A DNA stretch of 64,000 nucleotides from Felis catus. Lineage: Eukaryota. Every line of letters begins with the position of its first letter. Within the stretch, counting starts at the first letter, position 1. Both the position numbers and the translations under genes were made by a program. The notes under the pieces were generated by a model that ran no database searches, was not told the origin of the DNA, and was given only the letters and a program-made list of their open reading frames with translations. The DNA lies in contig NC_058368.1 of assembly GCF_018350175.1 (NCBI RefSeq), forward strand, positions 73,596,001 through 73,660,000, given 5' to 3'. Below, one piece after another: positions 13,401 to 24,360 of this stretch.

Positions 13401-15482
13401 TTTTATAAGCCACATTACCTTAATATATAAAGAAGAAAGTTTTAGTAATTGTATTGCTGTTTAGGGGACATATCAAACTATAGTCTGAGGTGATAAATTT
13501 TACGTAGTAGGGGGAGTACGACCGCACATATAATTACTAATGTGAGAAATCATTCATAAGCAGCCTGAACAACTATTTGCTAAACTGACACATCCTCCAC
13601 GTGTTGAATAAACATAACTCTTAAATAACAGTCTGCCTCAGACGTCTTCAGAACACCAGGGTGAGTGTCACGTTTGCATGTCCATTGCTACCCTCGAGGG
13701 GAGGATCTACCACAACTTCTACAGCTCGCGAAAGCAGACTTGGCTCCTGGACCCAGTGTCGCCCTAGTTCAACTCTTGCGGCTCTTGCCAGGATCATTGC
13801 AACTGTGTTCTACTAATCAGCTTCCACCTAGCCTTCACTGCTGCTGTCAGAGCTAAATTTGCTCCTGTCAATTCCTGCCACAGCTCCTCACCTGAGAAGC
13901 ACACTTGTTCCCTTTGTCCCCACAAGTCCAACCCCAACCTGTTCCTGCAACCACTTATTTTCTACAGCACCCCAGCATGCACCTTGTACACCAACTCTGG
14001 GGGGCTTTTGACCACTCCCCAGGAACTTTCCTCTCCCTTGACCTTGCTTCCTCCCTTCTCTGCCTGGCCACCTACCTCTTCCCTCCTCCTTGAGAACAGC
14101 TTCTCCAGATTCGCCCACTACTGGTGCTTCCCAGAGCACTTTCGAAATACTTTTTATTGTGCTTGTCACACTTCATTCACATTTGTTTAGGTGTCTGTCC
14201 CCATGGGGATCCCAGCAAGCAAACTTTGAGTACAACTAATTTTGGTTCTTTTTTTCCTTTCCGTTTGCATCCTGAGCCATCTAGTAAAGGGCGAATTGTC
14301 TTTCTTCTGTAAATGTAACCTCATTTGATCCACTGCATCAAAGTGACGGCCTCTGTATATTCTTGAAACTAAGCAGAACTCCAGACAAAAAATATTTGTG
14401 AAATCTTCTTGGGGATTAGTTTTAACATCAGGCCCAAGACCTTGACATTGCTGAGACATCCAGAATTCTTTCAGGTTAGCCTGTGACCATTTACTAATTG
14501 GAAAATAAAATCTTTAACATCTTTTTTTTTTTTAATGTCTAGCTATTTCTAAAAAGCACATGACATTCATCTTTGAATAGAAGATTCAGTTGAATGACAA
14601 GGCTCTTTCATTTAGTAGAGGGGTTTTTACTTTAAATTTTGCTGACAGGTTTTCATGACAACCCTTAAATGGAAGCTTAAATTCACCTGTCAGAGCTATT
14701 AAAGACATTTTTTTTTGGGGGGGGGGGAGGGTGTACTTCTGTGATCTGACCCTTCCATTTATTACTGTTGTTATTGACCTTAAAAGTATAAAAGAGAAGA
14801 ATCTAGACAGAGCTCCTGTTTTTGAAGGCTTACTACAATCCAGTCTCTGAAGTGAATTTTCCTCTTAAGAAAAGCATCATCATAATGTAGCAGAATCCTG
14901 CTAATTTTCACTTCATACTTGAAACACCTTTAATTCTCAGGAGAACAAGAGCACCTGGTAGATTTTATTCGCTGTCAGCAAAGATTTTAATAGCAGGAAA
15001 ATGGTGCTTAAAACTTTTTTGTATCAAAGAACATTAAAATAGGTAAGCCCGAAATAGCAACATAGTTCATTGTAATGCTGTCTTAATTATGTTTCATTTA
15101 TAATTTGTTTTGATATTTGTTTCAATGTTAAATTCATTAATAATACTCTTAAGATTATAGTAGATAACTTTTATCTAAAAGTAAAGATAATCAGAAGCTT
15201 TCTGCTTTTTGTATCGGAAAGTCAAGATTCAACATTTTGTGTAACATGACTCAGTTTTAGTTACTTGTCCCAGGGCCTAAGTGCTAGGTAACAAGGGGAG
15301 ACTATGTGTGGAAAAAATATTCTTCAGAAATATAAATTAGAATTCCATTGTATGATAACGATACTACTTTTTGGAAAAAATTTCTCTTCAAATCTTAACT
15401 AAAGGCCAAAGAATATCTATTGATTCATTAATCTTCTTAAGATTCATTCCCATATTCAACAAATAACTAAGCATTCATTTTA

Positions 15483-15714
15483 TTTTATTAAAAATTGGTT
15501 TTAAACATTTATTTTTGAGAGAGAGAGAGAGAGAGCGCGTGAGCGCATGAGAGAGCGGGGGAGGGGCAGAGAGAGACACACACAGAATCTGAAGCAGGCT
15601 CCAGGCTCCGAGCTGTCAGCACACAGCCCGATTCAGGGCTCGAACCCACGAACTGTGAGATCATGACCTGAGATGAAGTCGGACACTCAATGGACTGAGC
15701 CACCCAGGCGCCAC
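15483..15714 (-). mobile_element. CanSINE
   Basis: Typical body; degenerate TSD taagcattcatttta / taagcatgtatttta. Confidence 0.9.
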
Positions 15715-16023
15715 ATAAGCATGTATTTTAAAAAACATATTCTTTGAATATTATGTTTAGAGGATAGATTTCTCCTTTTTGTTACAAGTTTCATGTAAGA
15801 ATGCCCTTATAACTAACGCAGCTCTTTCCAGTGGATTTCAGTTCAGAGGCTCTTGTCATCAAAGTGGTGATATTGCTAAAACTTAATATTAAACATGTCT
15901 TTTGATTTAAATAAATAACTACTGTTAAAATTATTATTTAAATTTTTAAATAGAAGTTTATGCTGAAAAACAGCAAAGTTTTAAGATAGAAATAACTGCG
16001 TGTGTGTGGGTGGGTGTATTTGC

Positions 16024-16230
16024 TTTTTTTTTTTTTTAACATTTATTCAGTTTTGATAAACAGACAGAGCATGAGCGGGGGAGGGGCAGAGAGAGAAGAA
16101 GACACAGAATCCAAAGTAGGCTTCAGGCTCTGAGCTGTCAGCACAGAGCCTGACATGGGACTCAAGAGCAGTGAGATCATGACCTGAGTAGAAGTCGGAC
16201 TCTTAACTGACTGAGCCACCCAGGTGTCCC
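16024..16230 (-). mobile_element. CanSINE
   Basis: Typical body and T-tail. Confidence 0.9.
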
Positions 16231-18334
16231 ACCTTTTAAAATCCTACATATTACATCTAGACAAATTATTTTAAAAGCCAAATTTGGTACATTGTAGTTT
16301 CCTGTTATAAATTACACTAAATTTTTCTGAGACTTACTTCTTAAGGAATGCCTATAGTATTTGTATATTATTTAAATGTAGAAGAGAATATTAATATAAA
16401 ACATTATCAATTAAATTTTATTCAACCTGACAATATTTTCTGTATGATACATAGCATCCTAGGTATATAATTAATTTTGAATGACCACATATGGGTAGAG
16501 TTGTACTCTTTTAAGTATATAAGCAATTAATAGTGGCTATTGTTTCATTAACCTCTTTGGAGATCCTTTATTTTGGAAAGTTTAAATAATTTGATTATAA
16601 TAACATATTCACATCTATATTTTTAGATCTCACTTCTTTATGAAGGTAAAGTTGTAGTCATTCTTAAAAAAATGACTAGTTTTGTTTATTTAGAAAGACT
16701 GTAAAAAACAGGAATCATTTGCTATTACACTCTTGTTAGGACAGCAGCACTAATCTGGTCTACTAACCTTTAAAAGAAAGTGCAACGTCAGAGATGTCAG
16801 GTTGTAGCAGTAAATATTCACTGGCAAAGTTTTTATATCAAAGATTGGAACTTTAGGAGACACTCCTGGGATTTAGTGTACTCTAACATCTATTAATCCC
16901 TGATACCTTGGGTAACTTCTCAGAAAGCACTGCATTTACAGAGAGTATGCTAGGAGGTCCAAGAAGGCACATTCAGCTAAAGGTCAGGGAAGCAATTAAT
17001 GTTCTCTGCTTTTCCCTAAAGAACATCCACAGCAAATCTGCCTCCTCCCCTACCCCATTTTAGCAAGGCATGTGAATATAATGAGATGAAAGTTAAAGTT
17101 CAAGAAAAGCATATTACCAACATTATTTGGTTCTTAGAGTCCTTCTTGCATGTGAATGCATGCCATCATTGAAAAAGTGCAGTGCAATTGATTACAAGGG
17201 TGGCTTTTACTAAAAGTATTGGTTTTTCATTTCTTAAGTTTTTCTAGATCTCTGCCAAGGGTCAGTGTTTGTGGTGCTGTAGACTGGAGTGTAGACTGGG
17301 CCCTTCCTATAGTGTGCTGTTAAGTTAGAGTGTTTTGGGGGTGATACCTGGTTCTGTGTGGATCCTTGGAAGGACTCTACTGAAGGATCACAGAATTTAG
17401 GACGGGAAATCATGTTGACAGGAAGTCCTTCCTGTGACTGTGGCCTCTGAAGAAAGTTTTCAACAGTTCAAACTTGATCTACCTCCATCTTGCCATTCTG
17501 CTCCCCGAACACTAGGGAATGATGTTACTGAAGCTAAGAGGACAGAGCTGGCAATAACATCTTCTCTTAGGACTCAGGGACTCAAGACTGTCACTTCTAT
17601 TCTTGCCTTAGTGCAATGGAGAAGTTTGAAAGCCACTTGAGGCTTTCACATACTCTTGAGTCCAGAATTTTTAAGACTGGCACTGGGGCCATGTATGTAT
17701 TTGCATATTTTCCCCTTTGCTAAAATTTTGGAACACATTTTAAAAATAGAAGTTTGCTCACCATGAAGCTTACTTTTAGGAATAATAGACACAAAAATTG
17801 GTGTCAGATTTTGGCTTAATATTGAGAAGAATTTTCAGTAGTCACATTTTCTAAATGCACCTCGTGAAGTAGCACATTTATCTTCATTGGAAATGCTGAA
17901 AGAGGTTGCACAAGCTGACTATGTAGTTTACACCCAACAGGAACATGAGGTTCCCAAATTAGGTGTAAGGTTCGGCTAGAAGGTATCTGAGTTGTTTTCC
18001 ATCTTGACATTCTAGGATTCTATGACATTTTAATTTTGAGTGGTGCATCTGTTTTAAAACTTTGAATAGTTGCAATGTTGGAAACTGTGAAAGTTTTTAA
18101 CTTTTTGAGATTTGGGAAATAAATTTTCTAGCAGGAGCTTATTTTCTATGAACACCAGAAAGAGAAGTTTTTATGCTGCTCCCCAGTTTTTTGGAAATAC
18201 TTGTATTTGTTATTTGTTTATTTACTCGCTTATTTTTGGATCTCAGGACTGAGGTGTGAGTTAATCATCCCCATCAGGTCATGATGCACTCTCATCAGGC
18301 AAGACTCCACTGTTGTATGTATATCTGTCTGTAT

Positions 18335-18634
18335 GTTCCTTCCTTCCTTCCTTCCTTCCTTCCTTCCTTCCTTCCTTCCTTCCTTCCTTCCTTCCTTCCT
18401 TCCTCCCCTCCCCTCCCCTCCCCTCCCTCCCCCCCTCCCTCCCCTCCCTCCCCCCCTCCCTCCCCTCCCCTCCTCCCCTCCCCTCCTCCCCTCCCCCTTC
18501 CCTTCTCCTCCCCTCCTCCCCTCCCCCTCCCCCTCCCTTCTCCTTCCCTGCCTCCCCCTCCCCTCCCTTCCTTCCCACCCCTCCCCTCCCCTCTCCTCCT
18601 CTTCCCTCCCCTCCCCTCCCCTCCTTCTTCTTTT
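18335..18634. repeat. (TTCC)n followed by a C-rich (CCCT/CCCCT)n polypyrimidine tract
   Basis: About 300 nt of almost pure pyrimidine on the + strand. Confidence 0.97.
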
Positions 18635-18904
18635 ACCTGTTAAGAACTATGTTGAAGAGAACTAGACCCGGATTCAGTGCTGAGGTGGGGGAAGTGGCCA
18701 GAAGGACGAGCCAGACTCAAAAGCACAGAAACAAGACTTGAAAAGTCAATGGAATTTAACGATTGGTATAAGAAATAAATAGCTTCTCTGTTAATGCAAA
18801 TCATAGATCAAAGGTTAAACTTAAGACAGTTCCTTTGTGAAGACATCCCTTAGTAACCACCACCATGGTGAGTTACCCCTTCTTTATTTAACTCTGGAAT
18901 TTTC

Positions 18905-18987
18905 TTTTATTCCCCAGCTTTACTGAGGCATAATTGACTATTAAATAGAGGTTATATACATTTAAGATGTATGATTGATGTTTTGAG

Positions 18988-19052
<65 letters not shown>

Positions 19053-19445
19053 TATATATACATACACACACCCTTATATATTATATATATGTATAGATAT
19101 ATATTATATATATGTATGTATATATATGTATATATATTACATATATGTAAAAATAGATATATATGTCTATATGTATAGATATATAGAAATGAACATGGCA
19201 AGCTAATTAACATACCAATCACTTCACGTTGTTACTGTTTTTCTTTTTGTAAGAACACTTAAGATCTACTCTCTTAGCAAATTTCAAGTATACATTATTA
19301 TTAACTGTAGTCACCATGCTCTACATTGGATCTCTAGAACTATTCATCTTACGTAAAGGAAACTTTGTACCCTTTGACCACTATCTCCCCCTTGCCCCTA
19401 GCCCTGCCCCTGGCAATCACCGTTCTACTCTCTGCTTCTATGAGG
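18905..19445 (-). mobile_element. Old L1 3' end fragment interrupted by an AT/AC microsatellite
   Basis: cagctttactgaggcataattgac...aagatctactctcttagcaaatttcaagtatac...ctggcaatcaccgttctactctctgcttctatgag. Confidence 0.8.
18985..19185. repeat. Compound (GA)(TA)n(CA)n and degenerate AT-rich microsatellite
   Basis: Directly visible. Confidence 0.95.
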
Positions 19446-20579
19446 AAGTATAGAATTTTCTGTCTGGTACCTCACAATCCAGTATTTTTGTTTACATGGT
19501 GATCTTGTTATATTATTAGTTTCATGACCAAAGTACAATAACAGTTATAATAATGATAATAATTTATCAAGCTTTAGGTAGCAGTCAAGGTGCTAAGCAC
19601 TTTACATGAATCATCTTATTTAAAGCTCCCAACACTATTTGATGTAGATTCTTCTGTCACGTTTTACAAATAAGGAAATAGAGACTTAGAGGTGTGTATC
19701 TTGCTCCGTAACTAATTTGTTAAGTTCTTAGAGATGGCTAGTTTTTAAAAGTTACATTATAGCTTTTTAGGAGTGGAGAAGGAGCTTTGGAGCCACCAAA
19801 AGAATTCAAATTTAGCTCCTTCATTTACAAGTTGCATGAGCTTGGTCAAGTTAATAAAGCTCTCTGAATTTTAGTTTTGTTATCTGTAAAAGTACAAAGA
19901 ATAATGCCTTACCTCACAAAACTGTTGCAAAAATTACATGAAATAAAAGAAATTACATGAAGTAACATATATAGTATATTTAACATGGTCTGGCATGTTT
20001 AAAATGTGCTCAGTAACTGGCGATGTTGCCTATGAACCTTATGCAGTGTCCTGGATATTAAGATGCCGTTAATTGCCCCAAAGTAATGTACTTAAAATAA
20101 GTAATAATAAAATAATACAAGGGTATATTGTTGGGTGGTATTGAATAACTTTTGTCATAAAGGGAATACTATGATGCATTTTTGAAATAGCTGCAATTGC
20201 ATTATGTAGCCAATATGAATAGTCAAGATCTTATGTTTCATCGCCAATCTTTCTCGTTTTAGATAAATAGATTGGTAGCCTTTGAAAATCATTGCTTTTT
20301 TAAAAAATATCAATTATTGTTTGTTTCACATGGCTTTGCAGAAATGAATAATGGTGATTTCAACTTTGGTGAAAATCAGAAAGCTGTGGACATATGAAAT
20401 GTTAGCTTGTAGTATGAGTTATTTTAAAATAGTTCACCTTGCTATTATACTGCAGATAAGGTCAATGAATATTCAAAAGTAACTTAGAATAAGTAGAAAT
20501 GCTACATTTCCATCAGTTCTTTTTCCTGGTTTTTACTAAGACAACAACCACAACCATTAACTTCTTCTTTTCCTTTCAG

Positions 20580-20743
20580 AGAAGAGAGATGATGACAGCA
20601 AGAAAGTGGTTGCAGAGATCATGGCAAGATGTTTTGTTCCAAGTTTAATAACAACCACCTCCTGGGAGGGATTTCATTTTGTTGGTCATGAGATTCGAAT
20701 TACTGAAGCCATGGATTCTTACGGTGCTGTCGTTTGGCCATCG
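20580..20743 (+). CDS. METTL21E: METTL21E coding exon 2 (164 nt)
   Basis: Strong acceptor cttcttcttttcctttcAG. Encodes KRDDDSKKVVAEIMARCFVPSLITTTSWEGFHFVGHEIRITEAMDSYGAVVWPS, with the family-16 methyltransferase YGxxVWPS motif. Donor GTATAA. Confidence 0.94.
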
Positions 20744-20990
20744 GTATAATTTCACATAGAATTTGCTACCTTTCAATGATTTTTCAGCCAGTTTTGTTCA
20801 TTACTGTGTACTATTTGGAAGAAAGAAAATAGGTTCTATTGTTCTAGTTTATGACCTCAAACAGCACTAAAACTTGGGAAAACACTTCCAGCAATCAGTT
20901 CTATTTTTGACTTGAAGGGTTGATTGACAACAAGCACTGTTTACACTGCCAGTGTTTTGTGACCATTGGAGTTTACAATAGCAAACATTT

Positions 20991-21212
20991 TTTTTTTTAA
21001 TTTTTTTTTCAACGTTTATTTATTTTTGGGACAGAGAGAGACAGAGCATGAATGGGGGAGGGGCAGAGAGAGAGGGAGACACAGAATCGGAAACAGGCTC
21101 CAGGCTCTGAGCCATCAGCCCAGAGCCCGACACGGGGCTCGAACTCATGGACCGCGAGATCGTGACCTGGCTGAAGTCGGATGCTTAATCGACTGCGCCA
21201 CCCAGGCGCCCC
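20991..21212 (-). mobile_element. Young feline-type CanSINE (SINEC_Fc-like)
   Basis: CpG-rich body. TSD AATAGCAAACATTT (20977-20990) / AAGAGCAAACATTT (21213-21226). Confidence 0.93.
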
Positions 21213-21425
21213 AAGAGCAAACATTTTTATTTCCCATTAAAACTGGCTCCATTTGAGTTAAATAGTCATAATGAAATCTATTAGTCTCAACATGCAGAGT
21301 GTTCTAAAATGTCACCAATCCTTTACCAATTGTCCATGAAGGGGACAGACCACCCCCTACCACTGTCTGCCCCAATCCCACACACTTCTTTCAAATGACT
21401 ATTATTATTAGAAGTTGCTTTCTTT

Positions 21426-21616
21426 GTTTTATTTTATTTTTTTAAAAATGTTTATTTATTTTTGAGAGAGCACGAGTAGAGGAGGGGCAGAGAGAGAGAA
21501 TCCCAAGCAGGTGTCACTGTCAGCACAGAGCCTGAAACGGGCCTTGAACCTACGAGCCATGATCATGACCTGAGCGGAAGTTGGTCATTCAACTGACTGA
21601 GCCACCCAGGCACCCC
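21426..21616 (-). mobile_element. CanSINE (shorter subfamily)
   Basis: TSD AGAAGTTGCTTTCTTT (21410-21425) / AGAAGTTGCTGTCTTT (21617-21632). Confidence 0.92.
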
Positions 21617-21643
21617 AGAAGTTGCTGTCTTTGAAGATAATCA

Positions 21644-21856
21644 GGGGCATCTGGGTGACTCAGCTGGTTGAGCATCTGACTTAGGCTCAAGTCATGATCT
21701 TGCAGTTCATGAGTCTGAGCCCCATGTTGGGCTCTGTGCTGACAGCTCAGAGCCTGGAGCCTGCTTCAGATTCTGTGTCTCCCTCTCTCCACCCGCCCCC
21801 TTCTTCTGCTCTGTCTCTCTCTCAAAAATAAAAAGAAAAAACATTAAAAAAATTTT
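21644..21856 (+). mobile_element. CanSINE, sense orientation
   Basis: GGGGCATCTGGGTGACTCAG head, CT-rich region, A-tail. TSD GAAGATAATCA (21633-21643) / AAAGATAATCA (21857-21867). Confidence 0.92.
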
Positions 21857-22089
21857 AAAGATAATCAAACCTACACAATTGAGTTCCATAGTTTCATTTC
21901 TCTTATCTCCCCACAGTACCCAAGGACTTTTTCTAGTCTAAATATTGAACCTATTGGAGGATGTACCTCTGTTGTGATGTGTACGTACACACACACATGT
22001 TCACACATGTACATACATATAGTATTAGCGTATATGGTGTATTTATCTAATAGACTTTAATTTCAGTTTCTGTTGTTACTTGCCGAGCA

Positions 22090-22121
<32 letters not shown>

Positions 22122-22129
22122 TTTCGTAG

Positions 22130-22247
22130 GCCCTTGTTCTATGCTATTTTCTGGAAACAAATGTAAAGCACTATAATATGGTTGACAAAAATGTGATTGA
22201 AATTGGAGCTGGAACAGGGCTGGTCTCCATCGTAGCAAGTTTACTTG
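22130..22247 (+). CDS. METTL21E: METTL21E coding exon 3 (118 nt), SAM-binding motif I
   Basis: ALVLCYFLETNVKHYNMVDKNVIEIGAGTGLVSIVASLL(G). Acceptor T28-aactttcgtAG, donor GTAAGT. Confidence 0.96.
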
Positions 22248-22396
22248 GTAAGTAAGGACTCTTGATTGAATGGGGTCAGAGAATTACATGATCAGATGCA
22301 ATTACTTGCTTTTGCTGTCTAGTTTACTATAACCTAGGCTAATTTTTAGCTCCTTAATTGTTTGAATGGGCTTCATCAAGAAACACTGCCAATTTT

Positions 22397-22605
22397 ATTT
22401 ATTTATTTTTTTGTTGGTTTGTTTTGAGACAGAGACAGAGACAGCGAGTGGGGAGGGGCAGAGAGGGAGAGAGAGAATCTCAAGCAGGCTCTACACTGTC
22501 AGTGCAGAGTTTGATGTGGGGCTCGAACTCACGAAACCGCGAGATCATGACCTGAGCTGAAACCAAGAGCCAGACACTTAAGCGACTGAGTCACCCAGGC
22601 ATTCT
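22397..22605 (-). mobile_element. CanSINE
   Basis: Perfect TSD GAAACACTGCCAATTTT (22380-22396 / 22606-22622). Confidence 0.92.
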
Positions 22606-24360
22606 GAAACACTGCCAATTTTAAAGTCACCTTACTGGTTTCCTTCAGAATTTTCTGTGAAGTTGTATTAATTCTGCTCATGGAGAACCAAGTCACGAGT
22701 GTATTGTAACTGGGAGCTGTGTTCAGGCCTCCTGGCTGCTAGGGGAGTCATGTGGGATACAAGGCCCAGGGGGATGTCTTGCGCTGGCTCTGGCCATCTT
22801 TGTTTAAATGGTAGCCCTGTTTCAACATTCCTGAGCAGCCAGATATTCCTTTTGGGTTTTGGAGCCCTGTGCTTTCGTGAAAAAGCACCTGTTGGAAGAG
22901 AGAAGGAGTATCATCAATCATGTCTGCTTCTAATTTTAGGTGTTTCCCCTTGAATTCCTTTTCCCAGCTCATCTCTGTTCTTTTTCTGGGACCCCTTCTT
23001 CTCTTACCAGTGTTCCCTTGTCTCATGGAATGTGTGACAGTCTCTACATATGCCTGAGCCTGCTTCACTTCCTCTCTTGTTGTTACCTGTTGCATTGCCT
23101 CTGTTTAGCTGCCTTCTCTGATGGGTGCTCCCCAGGTCTGTCTTGGTTTTCTTGATCTTTAGAAGTGCACACCTGCCAGTCTACAATCTTGAGAGGAATT
23201 CAAAATTTAGCAATTTACAATTTTCTAAATGCTGGGGAAATATAGGACCCTTGAAGTCTTCCATATATATTTTAAAATTGCTTCTTCAGATATTGCTTTC
23301 TGAAGTCAGTATTCCATTTAGTATGGGTACTCAGAGAGGTACTACTGGATTTGTACCCAAAGGCTTTCTGATCAGGAGCACATTTGTGCTTCAGAAAGTC
23401 ATTTGTTCCATTAAAAATAATTGGTCCTTTTAGGCTACTTGTATAACAACACAAATAACAAAAGATGGAGACAGATGGTGTTCTGCTCTCTAGACACAAA
23501 GATCTTCATAGTCAGGTAGTTCATATTCACTCTGGGCAGTTGGGGGTGGTGGTGGGAGGAGGTCTTCCTGATCTTGGGATTTTAAAGAGATTTGTTGAAA
23601 ATGATAGACCCACCCACACTAGAATGTGACAATTCATATTTCTCTGATTCTACCAATGATACACATGTTTCATATTTCCCACAAAACATAATCAATGGCC
23701 AGAGAAACTTGTCATCGTGACTAAGGAGTGGTTTCTTAACTGGTCTGGGCTGTGCTATACTTCTCTCCCAGTTCTGCTTTCTTATTTCTTGCACCAGTCT
23801 TTTCTTGTCTGATGATGTGGAATTGGCCAGTCCCTAGATTTATTTACACGTTATATTCAGTCTCTGCTACTGCTCAAATTTTACTTTAAGGGCCAAATTT
23901 TATTGGTTATTGGTTTTAACAATTTTGCCTCTTCCAATTTCTTCCTGAAAATGACCACTACTATTCGCTTTTCACTCAGAGGCTGTGCACATCTTCTTCA
24001 TATGAGTATTCTGTCCTGCATCTGTGGTCCTTGGCTGTAGGAACACTATGTGTGTGTCAGGGCTAGGTTTTAAACATCTTTTGATGGGAAGATTCATATT
24101 TGTAAAGTGGTCAAGCTGAGAACTTGGGCATAAACATGGATGTCATGACATTTCCAATGTAATTGCATTAAAAATTCTTTCTGCACCTGAGTGCCTCCTG
24201 TTCAGTGATAGAATGCCCATGTAATATACCCTCATTTCGGTTCACATGACTTGGGCTCAGCATTCTTTTAGCAAATAACCTATGCACTGCAAATAACCTA
24301 TGTACTGAAATAACCTATTTCAGCAGTGACTTCTGATTTTTCCATTGAGGGTTCCAAATA

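Noticed and set aside
18279..18741. Pro/Ser/Leu-rich and Gly/Glu/Arg-rich ORFs
   Set aside because: Translations of the (TTCC)n/(CCCT)n simple repeat.
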